DNA of 64,000 nucleotides, from contig OZ219802.1 of NCBI GenBank assembly GCA_964291655.2, positions 64,001-128,000 of the forward strand. Reading direction: 5' to 3'. The DNA is from Chloroflexota bacterium (lineage in GTDB: Bacteria > Chloroflexota > UBA11872 > VXOZ01). The position numbers and the translations under genes were made by a program. A model generated the notes under the pieces. It was not told the DNA's origin and did not search any database. It saw nothing but the letters and a program-made list of their open reading frames with translations. Below are positions 1 through 10,720 of the stretch, in pieces. How positions within the stretch are numbered: the stretch's first letter is position 1; the number at the start of each line of letters is the position of its first letter.

Positions 1-389
1 ATGCTCTGCTCTTCGAGGTCGGGCGATCTGCGGTGAATTGGGTAGGTATCCGTAGTTTCAACCGGATCGCCGCCGTCTACCACTTCGCCGATGACGTTGA
101 AGATGCGTCCCAGTGTCTGTTCGCCGACCGGCACCTGGATTGGCGCTCCGGTGTCAATGACTTCCACACCGCGGCGGAGACCTTCCGTGGGACCCATGGC
201 AACACAGCGAACCCAGTCATTGCCGAGGTGCTGTTCCACTTCCAGCACGAGCCGACTGCCATCCGGTGACTGCAGTTCGATCGCATTGTGGATGGTGGGG
301 AGGTTGTCCGTTGGAAACTCTACGTCAACTACCGGCCCAAGTACCTGGACAACGCGGCCTTTTACATTGGCTTGCGCTTCTACTGCCAT
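1..389 (-). CDS. atpD: F1Fo ATP synthase subunit beta, 5' part (runs off window)
   Basis: Reverse strand from ATG at 389 reads MAVEAQANVKGRVVQVLGPVVDVEFP; directly follows atpG; not in the ORF track because it is truncated by the window edge. Confidence 0.95.
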   Translation of the reverse strand, partial: MAVEAQANVKGRVVQVLGPVVDVEFPTDNLPTIHNAIELQSPDGSRLVLEVEQHLGNDWVRCVAMGPTEGLRRGVEVIDTGAPIQVPVGEQTLGRIFNVIGEVVDGGDPVETTDTYPIHRRSPDLEEQS

Positions 390-436
390 GGATGCTCGCT
401 CCTCAGTCTGGATATCTCTAGTATCTTGGTTCAATC

Positions 437-1318
437 CTATGCGCCGGCAATGGCTTTCGCTGCCGTCGCAATTTCTATGACCTCGTTCGTGATCGCGGTC
501 TGACGTACCTTGTTGTAGGTGAGTGTCAGATCCTGCAGGATTTCCTCCGCATTTTCGGTAGCGTTGCGCATCGCGATCATACGCGCGCTGTGCTCGCTCG
601 CAATATTCTCCAGGAGCGCACGGTAGATCTGGGCCTCGATGAACCGAGGTAAGAGCGTGGAGAGCACGTCGTCTGGGCCTGGTTCATAGATGTAGTCCAC
701 CTGATGGAATGCACTGATCTCGCTGGGATCGAGCTCCTCAGGGGTGATTGGCAGAATGCGTGCCAAGGTCGGCTCCTGCCGCATCAAGTTTACGAATTGG
801 GAAAAACCTACATAGACTTCGTCATATTTCTTGCTCGTGAAGCCTTCGATTGTGCTGCGGGACATCGGCAGAATGTCCGCCAAGTTGGGATAGTTGCCCA
901 AGTCCTGATATTGGGCGGACACCGAGTTACTAAGACCCACAGATCGTAGCAAGGCCGGGCCTTTAGTCCCCACAGCAATAATGTCAACGGAAACGCCGCG
1001 ATCGAGGATAAAGCGCACCACCGAGCGGACCATGTTGGAATTGAGACTGCCGCACAATCCCCGGCTGGTGGTAAAGAGAATCACTGCAGCGTGGGAAACG
1101 GGGCGAACTTGAAGTAATGGGTGGAGTTCCTGCGCCCCGCTTACCGCAGCGAGATTGTCGATGACCGATCGAATTCGTTCCGCATAGGGCCGCGAGGCAA
1201 GTACCCGCTCTTGCGCACGCCGCAGCCTGCTCGACGCCACGAGCTCCATCGCGCGCGTAATCTGACGCGTATTCTGAACGCCTCGAATGCGCCGCCGCAG
1301 TTGACGGATGCTCGGCAC
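437..1318 (-). CDS. atpG: ATP synthase gamma subunit
   Basis: ITRAMELVASSRLRRA, RGLCGSLNSN, SEHSARMIAMRNATENA, RQTAITNEVIEI motifs. Confidence 0.98.
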   Translation of the reverse strand: MPSIRQLRRRIRGVQNTRQITRAMELVASSRLRRAQERVLASRPYAERIRSVIDNLAAVSGAQELHPLLQVRPVSHAAVILFTTSRGLCGSLNSNMVRSVVRFILDRGVSVDIIAVGTKGPALLRSVGLSNSVSAQYQDLGNYPNLADILPMSRSTIEGFTSKKYDEVYVGFSQFVNLMRQEPTLARILPITPEELDPSEISAFHQVDYIYEPGPDDVLSTLLPRFIEAQIYRALLENIASEHSARMIAMRNATENAEEILQDLTLTYNKVRQTAITNEVIEIATAAKAIAGA

Positions 1319-2851
1319 TTACGCTGCTCCTGACTGCACGGAAGGCTGGAAAACATCCTGCTTGAATTGACTGATTGCTGCCGTCAATTTCTCTTCAACC
1401 TCTTCAGGGAGGGCTTGGGATTCCCTTATCTCATCCGCTACCTCACGGTGGCTGGCAGAGATATGTTGCAGCAATTCGGTGACAAAGCGGTCGATGTCAT
1501 TTACAGCAACGTCGTCCAACTCACCGGCATTCAGGGCAAAAATGCTGATAACCTGGTTTTCAACAGACAGTGGGACGTACTGAGGCTGTTTCAAAATTTC
1601 CATCGCCCGTTGCCCGCGTTCGAGTTGCTGCCGTGTAACACGGTCAAGGTCCGAGCCGATTTGCGCGAAAGCGGCAAGTTCACGGTACTGCGCCATGTCC
1701 AAGCGCAGCCTCCCGGCCACCTGTTTCATCGCCTTGATCTGCGCATCTCCACCGACGCGCGAAACCGAGATACCGGCATTCACGGCAGGTCGCTGGCCAG
1801 CATAGAAGAGGTCCGGCTCAAGGTATATCTGCCCGTCCGTAATCGAAATCACGTTTGTGGGGATGTACGCAGATACGTCCCCGGCTTGAGTCTCGATGAT
1901 GGGTAGTGCGGTCAGCGTGCCACCGCCATGGTCTTCATTGAGACAGGAAGCCCGTTCCAGTAAGCGCGAGTGCAGATAGAAGACGTCGCCTGGATAGGCC
2001 TCACGGCCGGGTGGGCGGCGCAACAACAGGGATACCTGTCGATATGCCCAGGCATGCTTGCTGAGGTCGTCGTAGATGACCAGGGCGTCCTGGCCTCTAT
2101 CTCGGAAATACTCGCCCATAGTGCATCCGGCGAATGGAGAGAGATAGAGCAGAGCCGCGGGATCGGACGCGCCTGCGGCTACAATGATGGTGTGATCCAT
2201 TGCGCCGTTGCGGTCGAGAATCGTCATGACGTTGGCGATGTCTGACTCTTTCTGACCGATGGCGACATAAATGCAGACTACATCCTTGCCCTTTTGGTTG
2301 ATTATGGTGTCCAGCGCAATCGCCGTCTTTCCGGTCTGACGGTCGCCGATGATAAGTTCGCGCTGGCCGCGGCCAATGGGAATCATTGAGTCGATGGCCT
2401 TGATACCAGTCTGCAACGGGACATTCACGCTTTTTCGCGTGACGACACCGGGGGCCACTTTTTCAATCACGCTTGTCTCTGTGGTATTGATCGGTCCTTT
2501 GCCGTCCACGGGTTGGCCTAGCGAATTGACCACCCGTCCGGCGAGTTCAGGTCCGATAGGAACTGACATAACGCGTCCGGTGCCTCGCACCTCGTCACCC
2601 TCTTTGATCTCCTCGTAAGGGCCCATGATGACCGCACCGACGGTGTCTTCTTCCAAATTCAATGCGAGCCCAAAGACTCCGTTGGAGAACTCCAAAATTT
2701 CACTGCTCATAACTCCGGAAAGGCCGAAGATACGAGCGATGCCGTCTCCCGCTTCAACCACGGTGCCGACGTCAACCGCCTCGCTCGGGCGATCGAACGC
2801 TTCAATCTGTTGGCGAAGTGCGGAGGCAATATCCTCAGACTTGATGCTCAA
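1319..2851 (-). CDS. atpA: ATP synthase alpha subunit
   Basis: P-loop [30 protein letters not shown]. Confidence 0.99.
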   Translation of the reverse strand: MSIKSEDIASALRQQIEAFDRPSEAVDVGTVVEAGDGIARIFGLSGVMSSEILEFSNGVFGLALNLEEDTVGAVIMGPYEEIKEGDEVRGTGRVMSVPIGPELAGRVVNSLGQPVDGKGPINTTETSVIEKVAPGVVTRKSVNVPLQTGIKAIDSMIPIGRGQRELIIGDRQTGKTAIALDTIINQKGKDVVCIYVAIGQKESDIANVMTILDRNGAMDHTIIVAAGASDPAALLYLSPFAGCTMGEYFRDRGQDALVIYDDLSKHAWAYRQVSLLLRRPPGREAYPGDVFYLHSRLLERASCLNEDHGGGTLTALPIIETQAGDVSAYIPTNVISITDGQIYLEPDLFYAGQRPAVNAGISVSRVGGDAQIKAMKQVAGRLRLDMAQYRELAAFAQIGSDLDRVTRQQLERGQRAMEILKQPQYVPLSVENQVISIFALNAGELDDVAVNDIDRFVTELLQHISASHREVADEIRESQALPEEVEEKLTAAISQFKQDVFQPSVQSGAA

Positions 2852-2877
2852 GAGGCCCTCTCTCCTTTCCGAGCGCG

Positions 2878-3414
2878 CTAGATTACACGCGCCAGTTGCT
2901 CTTCCATCGCCCTTAGCGACGCTCGGACGCTAAGGTCTTGCAGGCGGTCTTCTTCGCGTAGTATAAGTCCGCCAACGATGGCGGGATCTACAGTTTCCTC
3001 CAAATGCACGCTGCGGCCATCTCTGCCCAGCGAATCCTTGAGTTGCTGACGCAAGTCCTCCGTCAGTGGTGCCGCACTGGTCACGTGTACGCGCGCTATT
3101 CCTTCAATTCGGTCCGCTTCTCGCAACACCTGTCGAGCAATCTGCGAAATACTGCGCACCGCGCGATCCTCAATGAGAATTCTCAACAGCTCCTGACCGG
3201 CGGTAGACAGATGGCCTCCAATTGAACGTTGCACAGCATCCATCCGCTCCGCCAAAGTCAGACGCGGGTCTTCCAAGAAGTGGCGAATCGTACGGTCTTC
3301 GCCGATCACCAGGAGAACCGTCATGTCACGCCGCCATTGGTCAAGCGTATTCGTCTTACGCGCGAAGTCCAGCACACCGCGGCTGTAGCGGCGGACATTG
3401 GTAGCGCTGCTCAC
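2878..3414 (-). CDS. atpH: ATP synthase delta subunit
   Basis: VRRYSRG N-terminus, [16 protein letters not shown]; position between atpF and atpA. Confidence 0.93.
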   Translation of the reverse strand: MSSATNVRRYSRGVLDFARKTNTLDQWRRDMTVLLVIGEDRTIRHFLEDPRLTLAERMDAVQRSIGGHLSTAGQELLRILIEDRAVRSISQIARQVLREADRIEGIARVHVTSAAPLTEDLRQQLKDSLGRDGRSVHLEETVDPAIVGGLILREEDRLQDLSVRASLRAMEEQLARVI

Positions 3415-3905
3415 GATGTTTCTTCCAAATCTGCAACGAGACGGGCCGTGAGTTGGCGGTCCTTCTCTGAATCGAAACTCTCGTGAATGAGCTTTCCGGC
3501 CACAGCAACCGAGAGCGACGCAACCTCTTGGCGCAATTCACGGCGAGCGTGCCCAATCTCAGCACGAAGTTCTTCTTGGCCTCTCTCCAGAATGCGCTGC
3601 GCTTCCTGTTGAGCATTGGCGACACTTTCATCGCGTAAGCGCTCAGCCGCCGCCGTCGCGTCATCGATGATCTTGCGTGCATGAGCGCGCGAATCTTCAA
3701 GCTGCCGCTCATACTCTTCGCGGAGATTCTCTGCCTCAGTGCGCGCACGTTCCGCTGCCTCTTGGCCTTCGCGGATACGCTCCTTCCGCTGATCGAGCAT
3801 GTTTAGCACGGGGCGGTAAAGCAGACGGTGCAGCAGAAAGACGAGAAGCAGAAAGTTGATGATCTGGAAGGCGAGATAAAACGGGTTGATCCCCAGCTCG
3901 CCCAT
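3411..3905 (-). CDS. atpF: ATP synthase Fo subunit b
   Basis: N-terminal TM helix FQIINFLLLVFLL..LYRPV followed by a charged coiled coil. Confidence 0.96.
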   Translation of the reverse strand: MGELGINPFYLAFQIINFLLLVFLLHRLLYRPVLNMLDQRKERIREGQEAAERARTEAENLREEYERQLEDSRAHARKIIDDATAAAERLRDESVANAQQEAQRILERGQEELRAEIGHARRELRQEVASLSVAVAGKLIHESFDSEKDRQLTARLVADLEETS

Positions 3906-3977
3906 AGCGGTACCTTCTCCCTTTTGCCTGATGTATCTCGAGTCTACCTAGAATCGGCGGTGCGATTCTCGAATGCC

Positions 3978-4208
3978 TTACCCTAGGAAAATAAGCAGGA
4001 TCGCCGTTAGCAACGAGTAGATTGCAATCGCCTCGGCGAGGCCCGCACCAATGATAAGGGTGTTGCGAACGTCATTCGCGGCTTCTGGATTGCGTCCAAT
4101 TGCCTCCATCGCGCCGCGCACCGCAATTCCGATGCCCAAGCCCGGACCAATAGCTCCGACGCCCATTGCGATACCCGCAGCCAACTTTGCAGCAGTTTCC
4201 GGATCCAT
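3978..4208 (-). CDS. atpE: ATP synthase Fo subunit c
   Basis: GxGxGxG hairpin, RNPEA loop, conserved Glu in LAEAIAIY. Confidence 0.98.
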   Translation of the reverse strand: MDPETAAKLAAGIAMGVGAIGPGLGIGIAVRGAMEAIGRNPEAANDVRNTLIIGAGLAEAIAIYSLLTAILLIFLG

Positions 4209-4284
4209 GGATTCCTCTTCTCCTTACTCTTACCACTACTAGCTCGGTACGAAAAACCTAACTGCTCTTACGCATGACAAAACT

Positions 4285-5052
4285 CTAGGAATGCGCTTCT
4301 TCGTGTTCATGTTCACCGCTCATGGCCAGTCCAAGGAAGATTAGTGTGAGCATGGTGAAGATGAGCGCCTGGATCAGGCCGAAGAGTACCTCCAAGACCA
4401 TGAATGCGGCTCCTACCAATGGTATGCGCATCACCAAGAGCAAGACTTCTCCAGCAAAGATATTGCCAAAAAGACGGACGGAGAGCGACACCGGCACAAA
4501 AGATTCGATCGCAATGTTTATCAGGATCAGAATTGGCAGGGGGCCCGCCAGGTGCTTTAGGTATCCCAGTGGCTTGTGAACGATCAATCCCGCGGCGTGG
4601 ATGAGAATGAAAGCGATCAGCGCCATACCGATAGTCATGTTGAGGTCGCTGTTGGCAGCTCGAAAGATCGGTATGAAAATCTCGTGCCCCTTGCCGTCGT
4701 CTCCCCAAACGCCAATGCTATTGAAGCCTGGCAAGAGTCCCATCCAGTTCGCAACAACAATGTAGATGAAGAATGTCGCAATGATAGGAAATACGATGCG
4801 GGCGCGGGCACCGACGACGCCCTCAACAATGTCGTAGAGCATGCCGACAATGGCTTCGGCAAAATTCTGTAGGCCGCTCGGGACCAATTGCATGTTACGC
4901 GTGGCAAGGATGGAGGCAATCACCAGCAGCGCCATGACGATCCAGGCGGTAAAGATAGTGTTGGTGATTGTAATAGGGCCTATGTGAAACAGGGGTTCCG
5001 CAGCCAGCGAAATGTGCAGTCCTTTGAAGCCAATGATTTCCAGGAAATCCAT
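4285..5052 (-). CDS. atpB: ATP synthase Fo subunit a
   Basis: SLSVRLFGNIFAGE and IQALIF motifs. Confidence 0.97.
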   Translation of the reverse strand: MDFLEIIGFKGLHISLAAEPLFHIGPITITNTIFTAWIVMALLVIASILATRNMQLVPSGLQNFAEAIVGMLYDIVEGVVGARARIVFPIIATFFIYIVVANWMGLLPGFNSIGVWGDDGKGHEIFIPIFRAANSDLNMTIGMALIAFILIHAAGLIVHKPLGYLKHLAGPLPILILINIAIESFVPVSLSVRLFGNIFAGEVLLLVMRIPLVGAAFMVLEVLFGLIQALIFTMLTLIFLGLAMSGEHEHEEAHS

Positions 5053-5060
5053 AGTGCTCC

Positions 5061-5321
5061 CTACACCTGCAATCGAAAGAGCTGGTAGAGCGTACCAAAG
5101 CTCAACAATAACCCGATTAACATACCTACGAGAACCAGCAACGGACCCGTGCCGAACCGTTCGTCAAGATAGTTGCCGGCCCAAACACCACCGAGCACAA
5201 ATGCGCCCACTACAAAGCCGAATTGGAGCGCGAACATTCCTGCTCGCAGCGGCCCTATCTCAATGCGCTTCTTGGGCTGGGGCGGCATTGTCCTTCCTCT
5301 AGCGTCAAGCAAGTATAGCAT
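5061..5321 (-). CDS. AtpZ/AtpI family small membrane protein
   Basis: Two TM helices with G.YLDERFGTGP motif; first gene of the atp operon. Confidence 0.85.
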   Translation of the reverse strand: MLYLLDARGRTMPPQPKKRIEIGPLRAGMFALQFGFVVGAFVLGGVWAGNYLDERFGTGPLLVLVGMLIGLLLSFGTLYQLFRLQV

Positions 5322-5426
5322 ACGCCGATGTCCGCCTCAAAGCCTCCGCGCGCATGTGCATTATTTCACAATCTCTTTTGTTTGTCTACAAGCGAGGTTG
5401 ATTAATTGGATCATTGACCCCGATTC

Positions 5427-6554
5427 TCAGCGAGCGCGTGTCAGTAGGTCTTGTATGGAAACTGAAGCTCCGTCCCGACCGGCTGAGACATTTGCGCCGA
5501 GCACGGCAGCCAGACTGTACATCGCATCGCTAAAGGGACTGCGAATGTATGACGGGTCGCCCTGCGCTACCGCTCTAACGAATGCGCGGTTGACTTCAAG
5601 CGTGGCGTCGCCGCGATTGCCTGCGGGCAATCTATGCCGCAGTACTTCGGTTGATGGCGTCGTGCGAGGAGGGTACGCTCCGTCATGGAAGTAGGCGACC
5701 GGCCCTTGGGGCTCCAGGCTCAGATGGCCGTGGTCCCACAGCACGTGCATGTAGCTTTCCTGATAGAAGACTCGGGCCAAACGCGACATAATGAGGTGTC
5801 CCACAGCCCCATTGGCAAATGTGTACGTCACGCTATAGGCTGTCGGATTGTCGCCTTCAAAAGCGGCAAGTACGGGGTCCCGTTGCACGTAATGAGCTTG
5901 TACACTGTCAATCTCACCGCACCAGTAACGCATCAAATCAGTCTGGTGAATGCCGGCTTCGACGACCGAACTGCCGGACCAATCTTGAAAGGCAGTCCAA
6001 ACCCGGCTCGCCGGTCCGCCAAGGTCTTCAGTCGGTGTGTGCTTCGCGTTATGGCTTTCCACGCTTCCCGTGTGAACCATGGTTGCCATGACGATGCGCT
6101 TGCCTTGCAGATACTCGTGCATTGCGGCATGCCAGGCATCGTAGCGCTCCTGAAAGCCAACCGCAGCAATGACGTTTTTGCGTTCAATGGCAGCATCCAT
6201 GGCGTGCGCTTCTTTGAGGTCGAGACTCATGGGCTTTTCCACAAAGAGATTGAGGCCCCGTTCAGCGGCGCACACCACCTCGCCGTTGTGGCGGTTGGGT
6301 GGAATGCACACGTAGAGCGCGTCTAGCTCCTCCGCTGCCAGGAGCGTGTCTAAGGAAGTGTAGCGGCGGACACTCTCCTGTCGATATTCAGGAACATGAC
6401 GGCGGATCTTTTCTTCCACCAGATTGGGTTCGTGCATGTCTCCGAGCGCGGCGACCTGAGCCACTCCCTCTTCCTGCAAACGCCAAAGCGCTGCCAGGTG
6501 TTGCAATCCGCGCTGACCGATGCCAAGAATGCCGATCCGAGGTGGTGCGGTCAT
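5427..6554 (-). CDS. Gfo/Idh/MocA family oxidoreductase
   Basis: IGILGIG Rossmann start, FVEKPM motif, GIHQTD catalytic motif. Confidence 0.9.
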   Translation of the reverse strand: MTAPPRIGILGIGQRGLQHLAALWRLQEEGVAQVAALGDMHEPNLVEEKIRRHVPEYRQESVRRYTSLDTLLAAEELDALYVCIPPNRHNGEVVCAAERGLNLFVEKPMSLDLKEAHAMDAAIERKNVIAAVGFQERYDAWHAAMHEYLQGKRIVMATMVHTGSVESHNAKHTPTEDLGGPASRVWTAFQDWSGSSVVEAGIHQTDLMRYWCGEIDSVQAHYVQRDPVLAAFEGDNPTAYSVTYTFANGAVGHLIMSRLARVFYQESYMHVLWDHGHLSLEPQGPVAYFHDGAYPPRTTPSTEVLRHRLPAGNRGDATLEVNRAFVRAVAQGDPSYIRSPFSDAMYSLAAVLGANVSAGRDGASVSIQDLLTRAR

Positions 6555-6879
6555 GCTGAAGATGTTCCAGTGTAATGTAACTTACGGTGCACTGTGCGCT
6601 CCGCGTTCACTACTAATCTCCCCATGCTCATAACAACCAAGCGCACTATCGTCATCTTCTGAAGCGATGCCAAGTGGCCGCTATGCGCAAGCAAGAGGGA
6701 GTGTTGTGTCATCGTCTACACGACGCCCCGTTCAGCTTTTGTATCCTCAAGACAAAAAGGCAGTCGGTTGCTCGAGCGAAATCAAGAATACAAGGTACGC
6801 GCTAACATTGGGCGAGGCACTCCCATGCCGAGCCTCTCCCGGGCCTTCTCAATCCTTCTCGCGACCCAAGACACGAGCA

Positions 6880-7716
6880 TCAGTAAGGGAGTTGGGTGTC
6901 TGGATTCTCTTGCATGTAGTGTGCGAGGCGAACGCCGAGATTCTCCTGCAACTGAATGCTGAGACCGCCGTCAACTACCAGAGCGTGACCCGTAATGAAA
7001 CTCGCCTGTGCCGAGCAGAGGAACGCAATGGCGCTGGCAATTTCCTCCGGCTTTCCGCAGCGCCGCAGGGGGTACTGCTCTTCAAAGAACGCGTAGCCGC
7101 TTGGATTGTCCTCCCACATGCGGGCCTGGATATTCTCGGTGACAATGTGGCCCGGGCAGATAGCGTTCACGCGAATGCCGCGCGGGCCGAGATCAATTGC
7201 CATCTGACGTGTCATGCCGATCACTGCACTCTTGCTCGCTTCGTAGACGAGAAAGCCGGGCGATTGTAAGAGGCCATGCACGGACGAGATGTTGATGATG
7301 TTGCCGCCACCATTCTTCTCCATGTGCGGAACTGCGTACTTGCTGGCGAGGAAGAGGGCTTTGGCCATTACTGCTAATCCGGAATCCCAGGCTTCTTCTG
7401 TCGTCTCGAGAATGCTCGTGTCTTGGGCCGACGTCGGGGAGTACGCGTTATTCACAAGAATATCCACCCGTCCCCAATGCTCCACGGCACTGTCGATAGT
7501 CTTGACGATGTCGGCGTGGTCACCCACATTTGCCAACACAACTTCAGCCTCACCGCCCGCCTCACGAATGCCGGAGGCATTCTCCCTTGCCGCTTCCTCG
7601 TTGATGTCAGCAATGAGGACCTTCCCGCCGTCGGCGTCTAGCCGACGCGCGGTAGCGCCACCGATTCCCAATGCGCCCCCCGTCACTATGGCTACATGTC
7701 CCGACAAGTCAAACAT
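6880..7716 (-). CDS. Short-chain dehydrogenase/reductase (SDR)
   Basis: TGGALGIG, LVNNA, YEASK, VNAICPG, VDGG. Confidence 0.95.
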   Translation of the reverse strand: MFDLSGHVAIVTGGALGIGGATARRLDADGGKVLIADINEEAARENASGIREAGGEAEVVLANVGDHADIVKTIDSAVEHWGRVDILVNNAYSPTSAQDTSILETTEEAWDSGLAVMAKALFLASKYAVPHMEKNGGGNIINISSVHGLLQSPGFLVYEASKSAVIGMTRQMAIDLGPRGIRVNAICPGHIVTENIQARMWEDNPSGYAFFEEQYPLRRCGKPEEIASAIAFLCSAQASFITGHALVVDGGLSIQLQENLGVRLAHYMQENPDTQLPY

Positions 7717-7741
7717 AGGCCTACTCTTTCCGTCTCAGCAA

Positions 7742-8740
7742 CTAATCGCTTGCAGATTGTTGTAACTTTACGCGCGCCAAGACCTCCGGATTGACGACAC
7801 TTTCCGGCATGTTCGCTTGCAGTACCTGGGCGACTGCCTGGGCCGTGCGCGTCTGCAAAACCGCAAGCGACTCCTCACTATAGAAGGCGACGTGGGGAGA
7901 GACGATCAGGTTCTCCTGTTTGAGGAGCGGGTCGCTCGGGTCAGGCGGTTCCTGGGGAAGCACGTCGACTCCGGCAGCGGCAATGTGCCCGGAACCAAGC
8001 GTCTCCGCCAAGGCAGAACTCTCGACCAAGCCGCCGCGGGAGGTATTGATGAAGATCGCGCCAGGCTTCATGAGTCGGAATCGCTCCCGATCGAACATGA
8101 GCGCGGTTTCAGGTGTGAGAGGAAGATGCAAGCTGACAAAGTCACACTCTTTCAGCAAGTCTGGCAAGCTGACTGCGCGGCAGCCTGCTCGTTGGGCATC
8201 CTCAGACGTCAAATGAGGGCTGTGCGCAAGCACTCGCAGTCCCAGAGCGTGCGCTTTGGCCGCCACCCGGCGGCCGGTTTGTCCAAAGCCGACAATACCC
8301 AATGTCTTGCCATGGATGCGGAAGAGCGGCATGCCCACTTTGCTATTCCAATTCTCTGCGCGCACCGCTCTATCGTAGCGGGTTAGTCGCCGGGCGCAGG
8401 CGAAGAGGAGGGCAAGCGTGTGTTCTGCTACTTCCTCCACACAATAGTCCGGCACATTCGTTACTACTACGTCACGGCCCGTAGCTACGTCCACAGCAAT
8501 GTTGTCTACGCCGATGCCGTACCGCGCAATGACTCTGAGCTGATCTGTAGCGCGCACGACTGCGGGTGTGACGGAGGCAAAACACGTCATGATGCCGTCA
8601 ACGCCGGCGGCAAGTTTTACCAAAGTCTCTTCATCACCACTTGGTGATGGGACCAACTCGACGCCAAGCGGCTCGAGGACTGTTCGCTCTCTGTCCAGCG
8701 TGGGCCAAACGTAATCGGTGATGAGTACGCGGTAGCGCAT
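7742..8740 (-). CDS. D-isomer-specific 2-hydroxyacid dehydrogenase (CtBP-like)
   Basis: RYGIGVDNI, GIVGFGQTG, INTSRG, DVLPQEP, SPHVAFYS. Confidence 0.92.
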   Translation of the reverse strand: MRYRVLITDYVWPTLDRERTVLEPLGVELVPSPSGDEETLVKLAAGVDGIMTCFASVTPAVVRATDQLRVIARYGIGVDNIAVDVATGRDVVVTNVPDYCVEEVAEHTLALLFACARRLTRYDRAVRAENWNSKVGMPLFRIHGKTLGIVGFGQTGRRVAAKAHALGLRVLAHSPHLTSEDAQRAGCRAVSLPDLLKECDFVSLHLPLTPETALMFDRERFRLMKPGAIFINTSRGGLVESSALAETLGSGHIAAAGVDVLPQEPPDPSDPLLKQENLIVSPHVAFYSEESLAVLQTRTAQAVAQVLQANMPESVVNPEVLARVKLQQSASD

Positions 8741-8770
8741 ACATTCTCCTTGTAAGCGGAGTTTGGGCGG

Positions 8771-9883
8771 CTATTTGGACTTGCCACTGTGCGCAAGAAC
8801 TATGAGCAAAGCAGCAACGATGACACCAAGAATGCCCAACGCGTAGATTTTCTGCAGCGGCGTGGGCAGCAACAACGCGATCGCACCGAAGGCGGCCGCT
8901 AGCGACCAGTAGACGAGCGCAATGCCAAGAGGAGGCAGCCCTAGTTCCGACAGGCGATGATGCAAGTGGCTCGTATCCCGTTGGTAGAAGCGGCCGCCTC
9001 GCAACGTACGGCGAATGATAGACCACGCCACGTCAATGGCGGGTACCCCAAAGATTAGCAGTGTGGTGGCTAGTTTTGCTCCACCAATGATGGCTATAGT
9101 GCCTAGAGCGAAACCGAGGAAGTGGGCCCCGCTGTCGCCCATGATGATGCGCGCACGATAGACATTGAAGGGAAGAAAGCCGAGGATTGCTCCGGCGAGG
9201 ATGAGCGGCAGAAACGCTAAGCTGAATTGCTGCAACGACATACTGAGGAAAAAGAGCACTCCCGCCCCAATGAACGAGAGCCCTCCGGCCAGTCCGTCAT
9301 AGCCATCTACGAAATTGATAGCATTCATCATGCCCACAATCCAAAAGAGCGTGATGATCACCGACAGCCAATAAGGAAAGAAAATGTGGCCGTCCATGTA
9401 GGTAGCGATGCCACTCAAGAAGGAGATGTTTCCACCGAATGGATCGCGGACGAATTCAATAAATATCCCAAAAGAGACAGCTATACCGGCCGCGGCAACC
9501 TGCGCGATGAATTTGGGAAGGGGTGGCAGGCCGCGAACGTCGTCAATGAACATGACGAGCGTAATCAAGCCGGCGCCCAGCAGAAGACCCAGGATCTTCG
9601 GGTCCAACGACAGATCCTCGCGCAGCCACACCGTCGCAAGTAAGATGCCGGCAAATGCCGCAAAGATGGCGAGACCGCCAATCCGCGGAACCGGCCTCTT
9701 GTGCACCCTCCCTACGCCAGGCTGATCCAACCATTGCATACGCAGCGCCGTACGTCGCACGGCGTCGGTCAGGAGTAAAGCAACGACTGTCGCAGAGAAA
9801 AGGGCAAACAGAAGGGTGCTGGTAGCAGGTTGCACAACTCTACCCGGAGTGAGTATTGCGAAGGTGGGACTGTGTCCGCCCAT
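8771..9883 (-). CDS. MraY/WecA/TagO family polyprenyl-phosphate GlcNAc-1-P transferase
   Basis: HKRPVPRIGG, IDD, NAINFVDGYDGLA, MGDSGA, DTSHLHHRL. Confidence 0.93.
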   Translation of the reverse strand: MGGHSPTFAILTPGRVVQPATSTLLFALFSATVVALLLTDAVRRTALRMQWLDQPGVGRVHKRPVPRIGGLAIFAAFAGILLATVWLREDLSLDPKILGLLLGAGLITLVMFIDDVRGLPPLPKFIAQVAAAGIAVSFGIFIEFVRDPFGGNISFLSGIATYMDGHIFFPYWLSVIITLFWIVGMMNAINFVDGYDGLAGGLSFIGAGVLFFLSMSLQQFSLAFLPLILAGAILGFLPFNVYRARIIMGDSGAHFLGFALGTIAIIGGAKLATTLLIFGVPAIDVAWSIIRRTLRGGRFYQRDTSHLHHRLSELGLPPLGIALVYWSLAAAFGAIALLLPTPLQKIYALGILGVIVAALLIVLAHSGKSK

Positions 9884-9969
9884 AAGTATACCATCACCTT
9901 TCGCTGCATTACCTGTTTAGACGCAAGCGCCGCCGTGGCGGTACAATAACGGTATGGGAGGATGTCGTC

Positions 9970-10440
9970 ATGCGCATGACAGAGTATGCAATGAATGATA
10001 CCGAGAGGGGCCACCAGAGACTTCCTGAGCATCGACCGGAGCAACACATTGAAGAGAGCGACCCTCTGGGATTTCTCGGCGGCTTTGTCGCGGGTGCCAT
10101 GTGCAGCGCGGTGGGCTCGACAACATGGCTGTGGTCGCTCGGCGTCTTGCTCCTAAATGTAGTACCGCAACTTGATAGGTTCACCCAGCCTACGCGGCCG
10201 CTACTGAACTTGGACCGCCTAATCGGAACCGCCGGTGAGGACTATGCATTGTTCGTTTTGATTGGGGGTTTATTCTTTTCTTTCTTGCCCATCGCACTCG
10301 CACTCTCCTTAAAGGAAGGTGGGCAGACGTTGAGTCTGCGCAACGGCCTGTTCATCGGCTGGATGCTGGGCCTCTTCTCTATTCCAATTATGGTCTTCCA
10401 GGCGTTCACCGAGTCCTTGGGAAGGCTCCCTAGGCTTTAG
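9970..10440 (+). CDS. Hypothetical membrane protein (about 3 TM)
   Basis: Hydrophobic segments; divergent from the wecA-like gene; no recognised motif. Confidence 0.55.
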   Translation: MRMTEYAMNDTERGHQRLPEHRPEQHIEESDPLGFLGGFVAGAMCSAVGSTTWLWSLGVLLLNVVPQLDRFTQPTRPLLNLDRLIGTAGEDYALFVLIGGLFFSFLPIALALSLKEGGQTLSLRNGLFIGWMLGLFSIPIMVFQAFTESLGRLPRL

Positions 10441-10720
10441 ACACGCCAAGACTGACTTGCTGGGTTCGCGAGAGGGGTCTGGGGAAGCGCCATCCGCAGA
10501 GTTCCTGTTAAGATGAGTAGTATCTAGCGTGTTTCGTTCCCACCGACCAACAAGACTCACACTTATCACTGTTGACATTCCAAGAATTGGGTAGAGTTGC
10601 TATGGGTAGCGTGTAAGGGCGACTCAAGGCACTTTGCATGTGACTTTGTGAGTGACTCTCGGCTCAGTGTTAAATCTCAATGAGGAAGGATTCGAAGATT
10701 TCCGGTAAAGACTGAATCGA

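Noticed and set aside
3978-4208. Na+-translocating ATP synthase
   Set aside because: The c subunit has EA rather than the ES(T) Na+-binding signature and lacks the helix-1 Gln/Glu, which is consistent with an ordinary H+ enzyme
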